From NCBI GenBank assembly GCA_050633305.1, contig JBOEGF010000042.1, positions 63,408 to 127,407 on the forward strand: DNA of 64,000 nucleotides, in the 5' to 3' direction. This document shows positions 18,230 through 29,527 of the stretch, one piece after another (within the stretch, counting starts at the first letter, position 1; every line of letters begins with the position of its first letter). A program made the translations under genes and the position numbers. The notes beneath the pieces are model-generated. The model worked only from the letters and a program-made list of their open reading frames with translations. It was not told the DNA's origin and searched no databases. This stretch comes from Nannocystales bacterium (GTDB taxonomy: Bacteria; Myxococcota_A; Polyangia; Nannocystales; Nannocystaceae).

Positions 18230-20656
18230 ATGAGCGCTGGGCCCATGGAACGCGACACGCTCCCGCGCGTGCTTCCGACTGGGTTGATGGATCAGCTCGA
18301 CGTAGGGGTCGTCGTGCAGGGCGCAGATTCGGAGATCCTCTACGCAAACAGCCGGGCCAAGGAGCTACTCGGCGTCGAGCCAGCGGGCCGGACATCGTTC
18401 GATCCACGGTGGGACGTCGTTCGACCCGACGGCACCGCGTTTCCCCCCAAGCTTCGCCCAGTCGCCCGCGCGCTCTCGACAGCCGAGCCCCAGAAGGATG
18501 TGGTCCTGGGGGTGCGCCTGCCTGGCGGCGAACGCTCATGGCTTCTGGCGAATGCGGTCCCGTACATCGACCACGGCGGCAGCGTGGACTACGTCGTCGT
18601 CACGCTCAGCGACATCTCGTCTGAGAGGCGCCGCATGGCGGTGCTGCAGCAGGTCAAAGATGAGCTCGAGCAGGCGGTCTCCGAGCGGACCGCCGAGCTT
18701 GGCCGAACCGTCGAGGAGTTGCGCAGCGAGATCGCGCAACGAGAGCTGGCCGAGCAGGCGCTATCTCGGAGCGAGTCGCTGTATCGGTCTGTCCTTCGTG
18801 CGATGGCAGAGGGCGTCGCCCTCCACAACTCCGATGGGTCGATCGAGTTCGCCAACCCCGCGGCCGAGAGGATTCTTGGCCTGAGCCTGCAACAGTTACG
18901 GGGGCTCGAGGCGGTCGACTCGCAGTGGGCGTTGCTTCAACCCGACGGCTCTCCGCTCCCTCCGGACCAGATCCCCTCCGAGATCACACGGTTGACCGGA
19001 AAGCCCTGCTCGCAACGGCTGCTCGGGGTGCGACGCAGCAACGGAGACCGAGCGTGGCTCACCGTAAACACCGACCCCATTGACGAGCTCAGCGGCGGTG
19101 TCGTCGCCACGTTCAACGATGTCTCGGAGGCCCGGGAGAATCAGCTCGCGCTCGAGAGAAGCCGACGGCAGTTCGAACAAGTCACCGGGGCCGTCCCCGG
19201 CGTGCTCTACCAGGCGCACTGGGCAGACCATGGCGCGCTCTCGGTCACCTTCGTGAGCGCGGCGGCTCAGGAAGTCCTCGGGTTCTCGGCGGACGCCTTG
19301 AAAGCCGACCCCGGTTTGCTTGTCAGCTACATGCACGCCGACGATGCGGCGGAGGCTTTCAGCTCGGCCGAGGGTGCGCGCAGGGGCAAGAGTTCGTGGG
19401 AGTGTGACGTGCGAGTCACCCCTCCAGACGGCGAGCTGCGCTGGATTCGGAACCGTGCGGTGCCGCAGCGGGTCGGGGACGGCGTCCTCCTCACCGGCGT
19501 CGCCCTCGATGTGACCGAGGAGCGACGCCTGGCCGGCCAGGTCCAAGCGGCGCAGCGCAGAGAAGCGATCGGAGCGGTCACAGCCGGCATCGCCCACAAC
19601 TTCAACAATGCCCTCGCCGTACTTGTGCCCAACCTCGAGGAGAGCATGGCCCGGGCATCGGCCGACCTGCAGCAGCCGCTGAGCGAGTCATTGCAGGCGG
19701 CCCGTTCGGCCGGAGACCTGGTCCGACAACTCATGTTCATCGCTCGGGGCGGCGACCACGACGACGCACAACGGTTTGACCTCGGCCGGATCGTCTCCGA
19801 GTCCGCTCGTATGTTCCGCCGGTTGCTGCGCGGCCGTATCGAGGTGCGTGAACTCGTCGCCGACACGCCGCTTTGGATCAAGTGCCCACCTGGGGCTCTC
19901 CACCAGGTCCTCCTCAACATGTGCATCAACGCCCAGGACGCGCTGGCGGACATGGACGGAGGCGTGGTCGAGCTTGCGCTTTCGAGGATCGACCTCGACG
20001 TCCATGGACGGGCGCGCTTGTTTGTGCGGGACAACGGACCGGGGATGACCGAAGACGTGCGAGCGAGGCTTGGAGAGCCTTTCTTCACCACCAAGGCACC
20101 GGGTGCGGGCACAGGCCTGGGTCTCGCCACCGCCTACACGACGATCCGAAGCCTCGCGGGCACGGTCGAGTGTCGTTCCGCCCCGGACATGGGGTGCGAG
20201 TTCACCATCGAGCTGCCCCTGTGCGACGCCGCCCCAGAAGCCTCGGAGCACCCGAGCACCCGCGAAGTCCCCCGCGATGTGGGCCGTATCCTCGTCGCGG
20301 ACGATGAAAGTTTGGTCCGCGGGGCGATTGCTCGAGCCCTCTCTCGACACGGACACATGGTGGACGAAGCTGCCACAGGCGAGGAGGCTCTCGAAAGAAT
20401 CCGCAGGGCCGACGCGACGTACGACGTCGCCCTCGTCGACCTCGCAATGCCGGGACTGTCGGGGGAGAAGGTCCTCGCAATCCTCGCAGAAGAATATCCA
20501 GATCTCCCGGTCATCATCCTCAGTGGCTTTATCGACGAGACGGTCGTGCTCGACCATGCACGACTCACCTTGCTCAAGCCGGTTTCCACTGCAAGACTCT
20601 TGAGCGCAATCCAATCCGTGCTCCCGCACGAACTGGAACAAGCAGAACAATCATGA
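18230..20656 (+). CDS. Multi-PAS hybrid sensor histidine kinase/response regulator
   Basis: Three PAS domains, [10 protein letters not shown]-box, DNGPG, FFTTK..GTGLGL, receiver DD/D/K. Confidence 0.93.
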   Translation: MSAGPMERDTLPRVLPTGLMDQLDVGVVVQGADSEILYANSRAKELLGVEPAGRTSFDPRWDVVRPDGTAFPPKLRPVARALSTAEPQKDVVLGVRLPGGERSWLLANAVPYIDHGGSVDYVVVTLSDISSERRRMAVLQQVKDELEQAVSERTAELGRTVEELRSEIAQRELAEQALSRSESLYRSVLRAMAEGVALHNSDGSIEFANPAAERILGLSLQQLRGLEAVDSQWALLQPDGSPLPPDQIPSEITRLTGKPCSQRLLGVRRSNGDRAWLTVNTDPIDELSGGVVATFNDVSEARENQLALERSRRQFEQVTGAVPGVLYQAHWADHGALSVTFVSAAAQEVLGFSADALKADPGLLVSYMHADDAAEAFSSAEGARRGKSSWECDVRVTPPDGELRWIRNRAVPQRVGDGVLLTGVALDVTEERRLAGQVQAAQRREAIGAVTAGIAHNFNNALAVLVPNLEESMARASADLQQPLSESLQAARSAGDLVRQLMFIARGGDHDDAQRFDLGRIVSESARMFRRLLRGRIEVRELVADTPLWIKCPPGALHQVLLNMCINAQDALADMDGGVVELALSRIDLDVHGRARLFVRDNGPGMTEDVRARLGEPFFTTKAPGAGTGLGLATAYTTIRSLAGTVECRSAPDMGCEFTIELPLCDAAPEASEHPSTREVPRDVGRILVADDESLVRGAIARALSRHGHMVDEAATGEEALERIRRADATYDVALVDLAMPGLSGEKVLAILAEEYPDLPVIILSGFIDETVVLDHARLTLLKPVSTARLLSAIQSVLPHELEQAEQS

Positions 20657-21384
20657 CTCAGTTCGTACTCGTCCATGGGGCCTTCGAGGGAGGCTGGTGC
20701 TGGCAACGCGTCGCAAAGATCCTGCGAAACGAAGGGCACGAAGTCTTCACGCCCACGCTCACCGGATGTGGAGACCGAGCACACCTGCTCTCGCGGGACA
20801 TCACGCTGGAGATGCACGTCCTCGACATCGCAGGCTTGCTGGAGATGGAGGGTCTCGACGAGGTCGTGATGGTCGGACACTCCTACGGCGGGACCGTCGC
20901 GACCGTCGCGTCCGACCGATGCGCCTCGCAGGTCAGTCGCCTCATCTACCTCGACGCCAGCGCGCCCGGAAACGGCCAGGCGTCAACGGGTGCATTCGCG
21001 GAGGGCACGGAGGACAAGCTCACCGAGATGGCCTCGGGCACCGACTGGCAGCTGCCGCCGCTTCCGCTCGACGCCGTTGGGATCACAGATCCGGCTGACA
21101 TCGCGTGGGTCGAACCGCGCCGCCGGCCTCACCCGATCCGGACCTTGCACGAAGCCGTCGTCTTGCAACGCGGAGACGAGCCGGCGCCGTTCCCCGTTTC
21201 CTACATCAGCCACTCCGACCACGAGGCCATGGTCTCGCTGTTCGGCGTCGACCCGCTCGCCCCTTTCGTCGACAAGGCCAAAGCGCAAGGCTGGAGCCTT
21301 CGAACCCTGGAAGCGGGGCACGACGCCATGATCACCCATCCTCAGGAGGTCGCGACGGTCCTCCTCGAAGAAGCCGCCCGGTAA
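20653..21384 (+). CDS. Alpha/beta hydrolase (esterase)
   Basis: FVLVHGAFEGGWCW, GHSYG nucleophile elbow, AGHD; ATGA overlap with the kinase. Confidence 0.92.
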   Translation: MTQFVLVHGAFEGGWCWQRVAKILRNEGHEVFTPTLTGCGDRAHLLSRDITLEMHVLDIAGLLEMEGLDEVVMVGHSYGGTVATVASDRCASQVSRLIYLDASAPGNGQASTGAFAEGTEDKLTEMASGTDWQLPPLPLDAVGITDPADIAWVEPRRRPHPIRTLHEAVVLQRGDEPAPFPVSYISHSDHEAMVSLFGVDPLAPFVDKAKAQGWSLRTLEAGHDAMITHPQEVATVLLEEAAR

Positions 21385-21595
21385 CGTTCTGGCTCGGTCC
21401 GCACGATCGGGCTTCGCCGCGTGCTCGCGGCAACAGCGGGCTCAGATTTCCGCGCTTTTGGCGGGTTGAGAAAACGGTGTTCGACGGTCTCGAACATCGG
21501 TCACATCGGCCAACCGGAGCGCCTTCGCCCGTCGGCTCCCCGCGTCGAAGGCCCGCCACTCCCGACGCGGCCGATCGACTGGTAGCGTAGGTCAG

Positions 21596-23116
21596 GTGGC
21601 GGAGACCGACGGCGATCGTGGAAGACCAAGCGCAGAGCTGCGCCGCTCCGAAGAACTCTACCGCGGACTTGTCGAGGCCATGCCTTGTGGGCTCGCCCGC
21701 ATCGGCACCGACGGCGCCATCCTCGACGCCAACGCAGAAGCGTGCCGCATCCTCGGCTACAAACACGACGAACTCACCGAGAAGTACACCCGCGAGTTCG
21801 ATACGGTCACCCTCCACGACGACGGAAGTCCATGCCCTGAGGAGGACTATCCGGCAGTCCGGGCCATCGTCACGGGTAAGCCGCAGCCTTCGGTGGTGAT
21901 CGGTGTCGGCCGGCCCGAGGCCGACACGTGTTGGGCCACGTTCACTGCCGTCCCGATCTTCGAGGACGGTGTGGTGGTGGAGGCCATCGTCACATTCGTC
22001 GACATCACGGAGGTCCGCCGGATGCAGAACGCCTTCCGTCAGGGGCAGAAGATGGAGGCGGTGGGCCGCCTCGCCGGAGGCGTTGCCCACGACTTCAACA
22101 ACCTTCTGACCGTGATTCTCGGCAATGTTGAAGCGCTCGGAGAGACACTCTCCGAGGGCGACGAACGGCTGCACGGCGTCGACGACATCTCTCGGGCCGC
22201 GCGTCATGCAGGTGCGCTCACTCGCCAGCTCCTGGAGTTTGCCCGGCGACGGCCGCACGCGCCCGAGGTCGTCTACGCGGAAGACGTCGTCGATGACATC
22301 GCGACCATTTTGCCCCGGCTGCTTGGCGAGCGGGTCCACACCCAAGTCGAGCACCACGCGGCGGATCGAACACCGATCGAGATCGACCCGGACCAGTTTC
22401 GTCGGGTCTTGATCAACCTGGGCGTCAACGCTCGCGACGCCATGCCCCAGGGTGGAAACCTGTGGATTCGAACGGGCCGCAAAGAGACCGAGAGTGGGCC
22501 GAGGCTGAGCGTCTCGGTGCGGGACGAAGGTGAGGGCATCGCCGCTGGAGACATCGAGCGCATCTTCGAACCCTTCTTCTCGACGAAGAATGAGCACGGC
22601 ACCGGGCTCGGCCTGGCGACCGTGTACGGAGCCGTCACCCAGGCGGGCGGCACGATCAGCGTCAGCAACGCTGAGCCCCAGGGTGCTTTGTTCGAGATGA
22701 GCTTCCCCATCTCCTCGTCCGTACCCAAGGACGCGACCGAGACTCCGCCTGAGAAATCCCCAAGCCCGGCGGTCGTCCTCGTCGTGGAGGACGAGCCCCT
22801 CGTTCGCCGAACGACGGCGCGGGTCCTTGAGTCCGCCGGCTACGAAGTCATCGCTGCAACGAGTGGTGAAGAGGCGCTGCGACTCGCGGACACCCAGAGG
22901 TTCGATCTGGTCCTCAGCGACGTCGTCATGCCCGGAATCAGTGGGGTCGAGCTCTCGAAGCGCCTGCGCGACATCAACCCAAAGCTTCCGGTGGTCCTGA
23001 TGTCGGGCTACTCGGAAGACCTCGATGCATTCAACGGGGCGCGCTTCATCGCGAAACCCTTCGACACCCGGGGGCTTCGCCGCATCGTTCGCGAAGCGCT
23101 CAACCCGGATGACTAG
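21596..23116 (+). CDS. PAS hybrid sensor histidine kinase/response regulator
   Basis: GRLAGGVAHDFNNLL, NARDAMP, FEPFFSTK..GTGLGL, receiver domain. Confidence 0.94.
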   Translation: MAETDGDRGRPSAELRRSEELYRGLVEAMPCGLARIGTDGAILDANAEACRILGYKHDELTEKYTREFDTVTLHDDGSPCPEEDYPAVRAIVTGKPQPSVVIGVGRPEADTCWATFTAVPIFEDGVVVEAIVTFVDITEVRRMQNAFRQGQKMEAVGRLAGGVAHDFNNLLTVILGNVEALGETLSEGDERLHGVDDISRAARHAGALTRQLLEFARRRPHAPEVVYAEDVVDDIATILPRLLGERVHTQVEHHAADRTPIEIDPDQFRRVLINLGVNARDAMPQGGNLWIRTGRKETESGPRLSVSVRDEGEGIAAGDIERIFEPFFSTKNEHGTGLGLATVYGAVTQAGGTISVSNAEPQGALFEMSFPISSSVPKDATETPPEKSPSPAVVLVVEDEPLVRRTTARVLESAGYEVIAATSGEEALRLADTQRFDLVLSDVVMPGISGVELSKRLRDINPKLPVVLMSGYSEDLDAFNGARFIAKPFDTRGLRRIVREALNPDD

Positions 23117-23205
23117 CGTCCTTCAGACCGGTCGCGATCCATGCGGGCAACCCAGCTGCGCTCCACCCCCGCGCTCCACCTCGTAGAACCAGGGGAAAGG
23201 GGCGG

Positions 23206-24534
23206 CTACGAGAAGCACTCCTCGAGGATCGACATGCACATCGGACCGTCGGCCATCGCCGCGGCGGCGCACGTGAGACACAGTCCGCTTGCGAGCAGCC
23301 CGGGCGCGCACGCGAGTTGGCCTTGCTCGTCGAGGTCTGCTTGGAGGAAGATCTCCGACACACAGCTTGCCGCTTCCGGTTGCTCTTCGAGCAACGCGCA
23401 GATCGACTGACACGTCAGAAACAGGGCGTCGTCCTCACACCCGAAGGGGAATGCACAGCTCCCTGAAGGGCAGGGCGCCACGTTGCCGATCTCCGAGCCG
23501 TCTTCGCTGCACTGTGTGGCGATGCCGTCGACACACTGCGTCACCGCGCTGGGGCATGCGCAGGCACCCAAGTCGTCGAGAATCGCCTCGAGCACCCCGT
23601 CGATTTGGCCAGGCTCGGTCGCTTGGCGAGACACGACGGTACCGCCCGCCGCCGCGATCTGGTCGAGGACGGCGAAGTCCGCCTGGTCGGAGACGCCGAC
23701 CGTGTACACCCGGACTCCGGCGGCGAAGAGACTCGAGGCGTCCAGCTCCGGCGCCGCGTCGTCGGCACAGGATTCGCCCCCGTCTGTGAGCAGGATGACC
23801 GCCTGGGCTTGATTGGGGTCTCCAAACGCGGGGGCGAGACCTTGCAGTCCAGCGGTGAGCGGCGTGGCCGAGTCTGTCGTGGGAGGATCGATCGAGGCGG
23901 CAAGTCCGCCCCAACGTGTTGCGATGCCTTCGATGTCTCCTGGCTCGCATCCCGCGCTGGGGAACATTCGGAGACCTTGCTCTGCTCGGTTTCCGAGGTA
24001 CTGGCTGAACGCCTCCAGTTCACCGGAGACCCGGGACCAGTCTCCGTTGGCCAGCAAGCTGTCCGAGCGATCGACGACGAACAGCAGCTCCGGGACGCGG
24101 CACGCCGCGGCAACACAACGGCCCGCGACGCAGACTTCTTCGCCGTTGCATGGGATATCTTCACCCCAGCGGTTGGCGCCTTCGTCCGTATCCCAACCGC
24201 ACGCCTGTTGCGCCGTACCGTCCGCACTGCAACGAAGCTCTGCCCTCGTGCACGCGTCGGCTGCAGGGGACCCGGTGGAGTCGCTGGAGGCTCCGCCCTC
24301 ACCGGACGGCGAAGGAGACGAGGCGCCTCCCGACGCAGAGGCACCCCCGGTCGTCGGAGCGGGTCCGCTCCCCCCTTCAGACACCGCAGGCGCCCCGCTC
24401 GAGCCGTCGGTGTCAGTGCCGGTGTCGGTGTCGCCCGCAGAGGACACCGTGCATGCCAGCAGGGGCGAACAAGCGGCGAGCCCGGCGGCGACGAGAACGC
24501 GGAGGTAGGCGGGAAACGAACGGGAAAGGGCCAT
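23206..24534 (-). CDS. vWA-domain lipoprotein with Cys-rich regions
   Basis: Signal peptide with LAAC/LLAC, Thr/Gly/Ser linker, MIDAS DRSDS...T...LLTDG. Confidence 0.85.
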   Translation of the reverse strand: MALSRSFPAYLRVLVAAGLAACSPLLACTVSSAGDTDTGTDTDGSSGAPAVSEGGSGPAPTTGGASASGGASSPSPSGEGGASSDSTGSPAADACTRAELRCSADGTAQQACGWDTDEGANRWGEDIPCNGEEVCVAGRCVAAACRVPELLFVVDRSDSLLANGDWSRVSGELEAFSQYLGNRAEQGLRMFPSAGCEPGDIEGIATRWGGLAASIDPPTTDSATPLTAGLQGLAPAFGDPNQAQAVILLTDGGESCADDAAPELDASSLFAAGVRVYTVGVSDQADFAVLDQIAAAGGTVVSRQATEPGQIDGVLEAILDDLGACACPSAVTQCVDGIATQCSEDGSEIGNVAPCPSGSCAFPFGCEDDALFLTCQSICALLEEQPEAASCVSEIFLQADLDEQGQLACAPGLLASGLCLTCAAAAMADGPMCMSILEECFS

Positions 24535-24653
24535 CCCACCCTGGTGGGGGAGGCGGCTCGAATGTCGCAGGGCGCGGGGGTGAGCGCGCGCACGGAGGGC
24601 CGTGGCCACAACCTGCCGCCTTCGAAGGTCGCGGTAACCGAACGTTGGTCCGC

Positions 24654-25538
24654 TCACGTTTTCTGGGCGAGTACCCGCTCCAGTGTCAGCTCGATCTGAC
24701 TCTGAACGAGGCGGGCGATGCTGCCTGCGTCCCGTTCGTCGAGCTGGAGCGCGCGCGCGAGGCCCTCCAGCGTCCGCGTCCGCACCCGTTCTTTTGCGCT
24801 GGCGACCCAACGGGCTGCCGTGGAGCGGTGGACACCGTGAAGCTCGCCCAGGGCGTCGATTGTCACGCGCCCGACGAAGTAATGGCGCAACAGGTTGCGG
24901 TCTCTCGCGTCCAGGCTGGCGAGGGCCTCGGCGAACGCCCGTCGAAACGGCGCACGGTAATGACCCTTCAGATGTTCGAGTTCCGGGTCGGCGTTTTCCA
25001 CCAGGTCCCGCAGGCCTTCGTCGCTGGACGGTCGTTCGCGTGCGGTCGCGTGGGCGGCGGTGCGGACGGCGACCGAGCGAACCCAACGCCGCAGCGATCC
25101 GCGGCCCGAGTAGCCCGCGATACCCGGCCTCTGGGTCGCGCCACCGACAACCGCATGGGTGAGGACGCGCTGGACGGCCTCGTCGGCCGAGTCGGACGCC
25201 GTGCCCGCACCGCGCAGTGCCCGATGGGCGTCGTCGAAGAACTGCGCACGAAACACCGCGACAGCGTGTTCGTCTTGGCGGGCGCACCCAAACGCCAGGT
25301 AGAGGTCTTCGAGTTTGAGTGCTCCGACCTCCAGCACGCTGCCAAGACCGGCAAGCTCGACCCGGCTCGCGAGATACCGAACGAACGCGAGGTCATCGAG
25401 GCCGAGCCCTGGCCATGCTCGGTGGCCGCGCGCAAGCCAAGCTTCGATCGCACTCTCCAGCTCGTCTGCATCGAATTCGGCGAGCGGATGGGCGTCGCCC
25501 AACGTTTCGACGAAGGCATTGCGCAACGGGCGTTGCAT
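24654..25538 (-). CDS. Myxococcales-type sigma-70 family (ECF-like) factor
   Basis: EDLYLAFGC, YSGRGSLRRWVR, TIDALGELHGVHRSTAARW, VQSQIELTL. Confidence 0.85.
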   Translation of the reverse strand: MQRPLRNAFVETLGDAHPLAEFDADELESAIEAWLARGHRAWPGLGLDDLAFVRYLASRVELAGLGSVLEVGALKLEDLYLAFGCARQDEHAVAVFRAQFFDDAHRALRGAGTASDSADEAVQRVLTHAVVGGATQRPGIAGYSGRGSLRRWVRSVAVRTAAHATARERPSSDEGLRDLVENADPELEHLKGHYRAPFRRAFAEALASLDARDRNLLRHYFVGRVTIDALGELHGVHRSTAARWVASAKERVRTRTLEGLARALQLDERDAGSIARLVQSQIELTLERVLAQKT

Positions 25539-25567
25539 CATCGCATCCTAGCAAACAGCGAGCCTCG

Positions 25568-28459
25568 ATGACTTCGAGTCTACCTGGAACGACGCCATGC
25601 CTGGACGACGACGACGTCGCCGCTCTATGCGAAGGCGCGATGAACGAAGCTGCGCGTCGACGAGCCGAAGCGCACCTCGACGGTTGCGACGACTGTCGAC
25701 GACACGTGCAGAACGTCCTGGCGACGTCGCACCGCACGCTCTCGAGCCCGGTCACGCGCGACCCCACCCTCGCCAGGCCCGGCGATGTCGTTGGCCGCTA
25801 TACGCTACGGCGTCGTATCGGCGCGGGCGGCATGGGCGTGGTCTGGCTGGCGCACGACGACGTGCTCGGGCGGGACATCGCCGTCAAGTTCATCCGCAGT
25901 GGGAACGCTGAGGCCGTCCGATGTGAAGCCGAGGCGTTGGCTGCGGTCGAGCACGCGGACATCGTCCGGGTCTTCGACGTCGCGGCGGTTGGCGAGGGTC
26001 TGTGCATCGCCATGGAGTATGTCGATGCCCTCACATTCGACCGTTGGAGCGCGGGTCGGATACACCGTTGGCGAGAGTTGTCGGCGCTCGGGGTCCGCGT
26101 CGCGTCCGCCCTTGCGGCCGCACATGACGCGGGGGTCGTGCACGCAGACATCAAGCCCGGCAATATTCTCGTCTGCCGCGACGGGACGCCGAAGATCGTC
26201 GACTTTGGGCTGGCGGATGCCCAAAGGGTCCTGAAGGGCCCGTCGTCTCGGTCCGATACCGCGCCGCTCGACCAGACACCGCGTGAGCGTGGCGGCACGC
26301 CTGCGTACATGGCCCCGGAGCAGCGCAGCGGTGGCGCCATCGATGCGCGAGCAGACATCTATGCCCTGGGCGTGACACTGCGCGGAGCCCTACTCGCCGC
26401 ACCGCGTCGGGTGCACCGCGTGCTCGAACGCGCCAGTGCTCCCGACCGCGACCGGCGATATGGATCGATGAAGGCCTTCGCAGACGCGCTGGAGCGCGCT
26501 TGCAGACCTCGGACGCGATGGTGGCTCGTCGCAGCCGCCCTCGTCATGGGAGTCACGGCGGCGACCTGGACACCCCCGTCCGAGGACCGTTGCGAACGCG
26601 GTGCCCGCCGAGTGGCAGAGGTGCTCGATCGTACCAACCGCGGTGGTCGGCCTCGCGACGTTCTCTCGATGCCCGTCGTCGCGCGCTATTCGGACTCGTG
26701 GCGTTCTGGCCACGCCCGCGCGTGCGCGCTCGAGCCGTCCCCGTCGAGAGAGCGCGCGCTCGAATGCCTCGAGGGGAGGCTCCACGCGCTGTCGCTCGTG
26801 CTCGATGCCCTCGAGAGCGAAGTGCCGGACCGAGAAACCCGGGTCGTGAGTGCGGTAGGGTCCCTCCCTTTTCCCGGTGCATGTGTCGACGGTCCCCTGC
26901 CGAGCGGTGACAGCGTGAGCGCGTTGGGCACGGACCTGGCCGCCGCTCGGGCGGCGTTCGCCCTGGCCCACGATACTGACGCCGCTGCGTTGGCGCGACA
27001 GGTCGCACGGGAGGCTGCTGTGTTCGGCGACTCTGTGCTCGAAGCCAGGGCCCGCTTGCTCCTCGCCATGGTCGAGCAACGCGGCGGCGACCCCAAGGCC
27101 GCGAAGCGGATGCTCGATGAGGTGCTCGCGCAGGCCGTGCTGGTGGACGACGCCCGCCTCCAGGTCCGTGCTTGGGAGGAGTGGCTGTGGCTCGTTGGCA
27201 TCACGATGCGGCGCCGTGATGATGCGCTGGGCCAGGTCGGTCACGCTCTGGCCGCGCTCGAGCGAGCAGGGTCGCCGGCGGAAGAGGAGTCGGAGCTTCG
27301 CGCAACGCTGGCCGCGCTGTACATGAACGAGGGCCAGTTCGACGCGGCGGGACGGGAGATCGCTCGACTCGAATCCATCGTCCGCACTCACGAGGTCGCC
27401 CCGACACGGGAGATCCAGCTCCACACGACGCGGGCCTCGCTGGCCGGGCGGCGAGGCGACTTCGACTCGGCTGCCCGTGAATACGAGACGGCCTTGGCCC
27501 TTCGAAACGAACTCCAGGGCGTCCGCCACCCGGCACGAGCCGGAACGTTGCGCAACCTGGCAATCATTCAGGCCCGCAAGGGCGACCTCGGGGGTGCCGC
27601 GATACGCCTGCGCGAGGCCGCGAACGTGTTGCGTTCGAGCGAACGGGCAGCAAGCACACTCCTGGTCACGATCGAACGCGACCTCGCGCAGATCCTGCTC
27701 CATCTCGGCGACCTCGCCCCTGCCCTCGAGTTCGCAAGGTCGAGCGTGGAGCACGGGATTGCCACCCATGGAGAGCTGCACGTCGAGACGGCCAAGGCGA
27801 AGCGAACGTTGGGCGACGTCTTGCTCTCACAAGGCCACAGCGAGCTGGCCGCCGAGACATTTCGGGAGGCGATCGCTGGCTACGAGGCAAGCGAGGGATA
27901 CACGAGCGTTCCTGCGGCCGAGACCCTGGCTGCCGTGGCCGTCATCGACGCGCTGCAGGGGCGCGACGCGGACGCGCTGCGCCGCTACGATCGGGCCTAC
28001 GCAGCACTCGAGCAGGATGGGCCGCTTCACGCGCGCGCCTTCGTCTTGGCCAACCGCGGAGCCCTCGCGCTGGAGCAGGGGCGGTTGCGAGATGCTCGTG
28101 CCGATCTCGAACGCTCTGTGGAGTTCGACACTCGAGAAGCTGGGGAAGACGCCGTGGCCCTGGCGTTCGCGTTGACCACTCTCGCGGCTGTGGACGCTGC
28201 GGAGGGATTGATGGCCGCAGCCCAACAACATGCCGAGCGAGCGTGGCGGCTGGTCGAGGCGGCGGGGGTTCGGGGCACCAGTCGTGCCCATGCGGCCTTC
28301 GGCGTGGCCAAGGTACTTGGCACCGACCCGGCCTCGCGTGCGCGTGCGCTCGCTCTGGTGGACGAAGCCGAGTCGATCTATGCGACGGAGTCGGGATTCT
28401 TGTCTTCCACGGGACTGTCGGCCATCCGCGCTTGGCGAGCCGCGCACGACTCTGGTTGA
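25568..28459 (+). CDS. Ser/Thr protein kinase with N-terminal zf-HC2, TM and C-terminal TPRs
   Basis: HLDGCDDC; GAGGMG, IAVK, HADIKPGN, DFG, GTPAYMAPE; TM; TPR repeats. Confidence 0.92.
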   Translation: MTSSLPGTTPCLDDDDVAALCEGAMNEAARRRAEAHLDGCDDCRRHVQNVLATSHRTLSSPVTRDPTLARPGDVVGRYTLRRRIGAGGMGVVWLAHDDVLGRDIAVKFIRSGNAEAVRCEAEALAAVEHADIVRVFDVAAVGEGLCIAMEYVDALTFDRWSAGRIHRWRELSALGVRVASALAAAHDAGVVHADIKPGNILVCRDGTPKIVDFGLADAQRVLKGPSSRSDTAPLDQTPRERGGTPAYMAPEQRSGGAIDARADIYALGVTLRGALLAAPRRVHRVLERASAPDRDRRYGSMKAFADALERACRPRTRWWLVAAALVMGVTAATWTPPSEDRCERGARRVAEVLDRTNRGGRPRDVLSMPVVARYSDSWRSGHARACALEPSPSRERALECLEGRLHALSLVLDALESEVPDRETRVVSAVGSLPFPGACVDGPLPSGDSVSALGTDLAAARAAFALAHDTDAAALARQVAREAAVFGDSVLEARARLLLAMVEQRGGDPKAAKRMLDEVLAQAVLVDDARLQVRAWEEWLWLVGITMRRRDDALGQVGHALAALERAGSPAEEESELRATLAALYMNEGQFDAAGREIARLESIVRTHEVAPTREIQLHTTRASLAGRRGDFDSAAREYETALALRNELQGVRHPARAGTLRNLAIIQARKGDLGGAAIRLREAANVLRSSERAASTLLVTIERDLAQILLHLGDLAPALEFARSSVEHGIATHGELHVETAKAKRTLGDVLLSQGHSELAAETFREAIAGYEASEGYTSVPAAETLAAVAVIDALQGRDADALRRYDRAYAALEQDGPLHARAFVLANRGALALEQGRLRDARADLERSVEFDTREAGEDAVALAFALTTLAAVDAAEGLMAAAQQHAERAWRLVEAAGVRGTSRAHAAFGVAKVLGTDPASRARALALVDEAESIYATESGFLSSTGLSAIRAWRAAHDSG

Positions 28460-28503
28460 CGCGTTTCGTGTCGGTATGTCGCGGCCTGCGGGTGCCCCGA
28501 TTC

Positions 28504-29454
28504 TCAACCCTGCGAACTCAGGCGCCTCGCTGGGAGTTCGTCCCACGGGGCGATGTCTCCGCCAAGCTCGGCCACCACGAACTCGACAAAGGCACGGACC
28601 TTCTGGGGGAGGTAGACCCGGTCGGCAAAGACGATCTGTAGGCCGCGGCTTGGCATGACGTACTCCGGCAGCAACCGGACGAGCCGTCCCGAAGCGATGT
28701 GTGGGGCAGCGATGAACGTGGGCAGGCGTCCGATACCGAGGCCCTGCAGCAACCACTCGGACAGGGCGTCACCGTTGTTCACCTCCATCGGTCCGTCGAC
28801 CTCCACCGTCTGCGCGTCTCCGTCATGCTCGAACGTCCACCGGACCGCCTCTTCGGAGTAGCTGTACGCGAGACAAGGGTGCTCGTGCAGGTCGCTCGGC
28901 GCCGACGGAGCATCGTGACTCGCCAGGTATTCCGGAGATGCACACAAGACAGAGCGTAGCTGGGCGACCGTCCGGACGGTCATCGCTTCGCGACGGATCG
29001 TGTGCGCCCACAAGGCGACGTCGAACTCTCCGTCGAGGAGACGGCCGCTGCGGTCATCGAGGACCAAGGACACCCTCACCTGTGGATGGGCCCGCATGAA
29101 CTTCCCGATGCGCGGAGCGAGCTGGGCACGACCGAAGGCCATCGGTGCGAGCACCCGCAGCCTTCCTCGCGCCTCGTCCTGCAACTCCATGGCGGCGAGC
29201 TCCGCCTGACGTGTCGCGTCAACAGCAGCGCAGGCGTGTTCGTAGTACCGCTGTCCCGCCTCGCTCAGCGTCAGCGTACGGCTCGTGCGATGCAGTAGCC
29301 GGACTCCCAGGTGCGTCTCGAGTTGTGAGACCCGACGAGAGACCGCGGACCGCGTGACGCCAAGCCGCTGTGCCGCCCCGGAGAGACTTCCCGCTTGGAC
29401 CACCGCCACAAACACCCCAGCCGCAGCGAGGTCCAGATTGTCGTGCGCAGTCAT
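28504..29454 (-). CDS. LysR family transcriptional regulator
   Basis: GSLSGAAQRLGVTRSAVS...LLHRTSR; PQKVRAFVEF. Confidence 0.93.
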   Translation of the reverse strand: MTAHDNLDLAAAGVFVAVVQAGSLSGAAQRLGVTRSAVSRRVSQLETHLGVRLLHRTSRTLTLSEAGQRYYEHACAAVDATRQAELAAMELQDEARGRLRVLAPMAFGRAQLAPRIGKFMRAHPQVRVSLVLDDRSGRLLDGEFDVALWAHTIRREAMTVRTVAQLRSVLCASPEYLASHDAPSAPSDLHEHPCLAYSYSEEAVRWTFEHDGDAQTVEVDGPMEVNNGDALSEWLLQGLGIGRLPTFIAAPHIASGRLVRLLPEYVMPSRGLQIVFADRVYLPQKVRAFVEFVVAELGGDIAPWDELPARRLSSQG

Positions 29455-29527
29455 CGGTGAGTTTGTCTCACGGGTGTGTTGAGCAGGTGGCTCTGGTCGG
29501 TCAGAAGATCGCGCGTAGCTTGATCTC

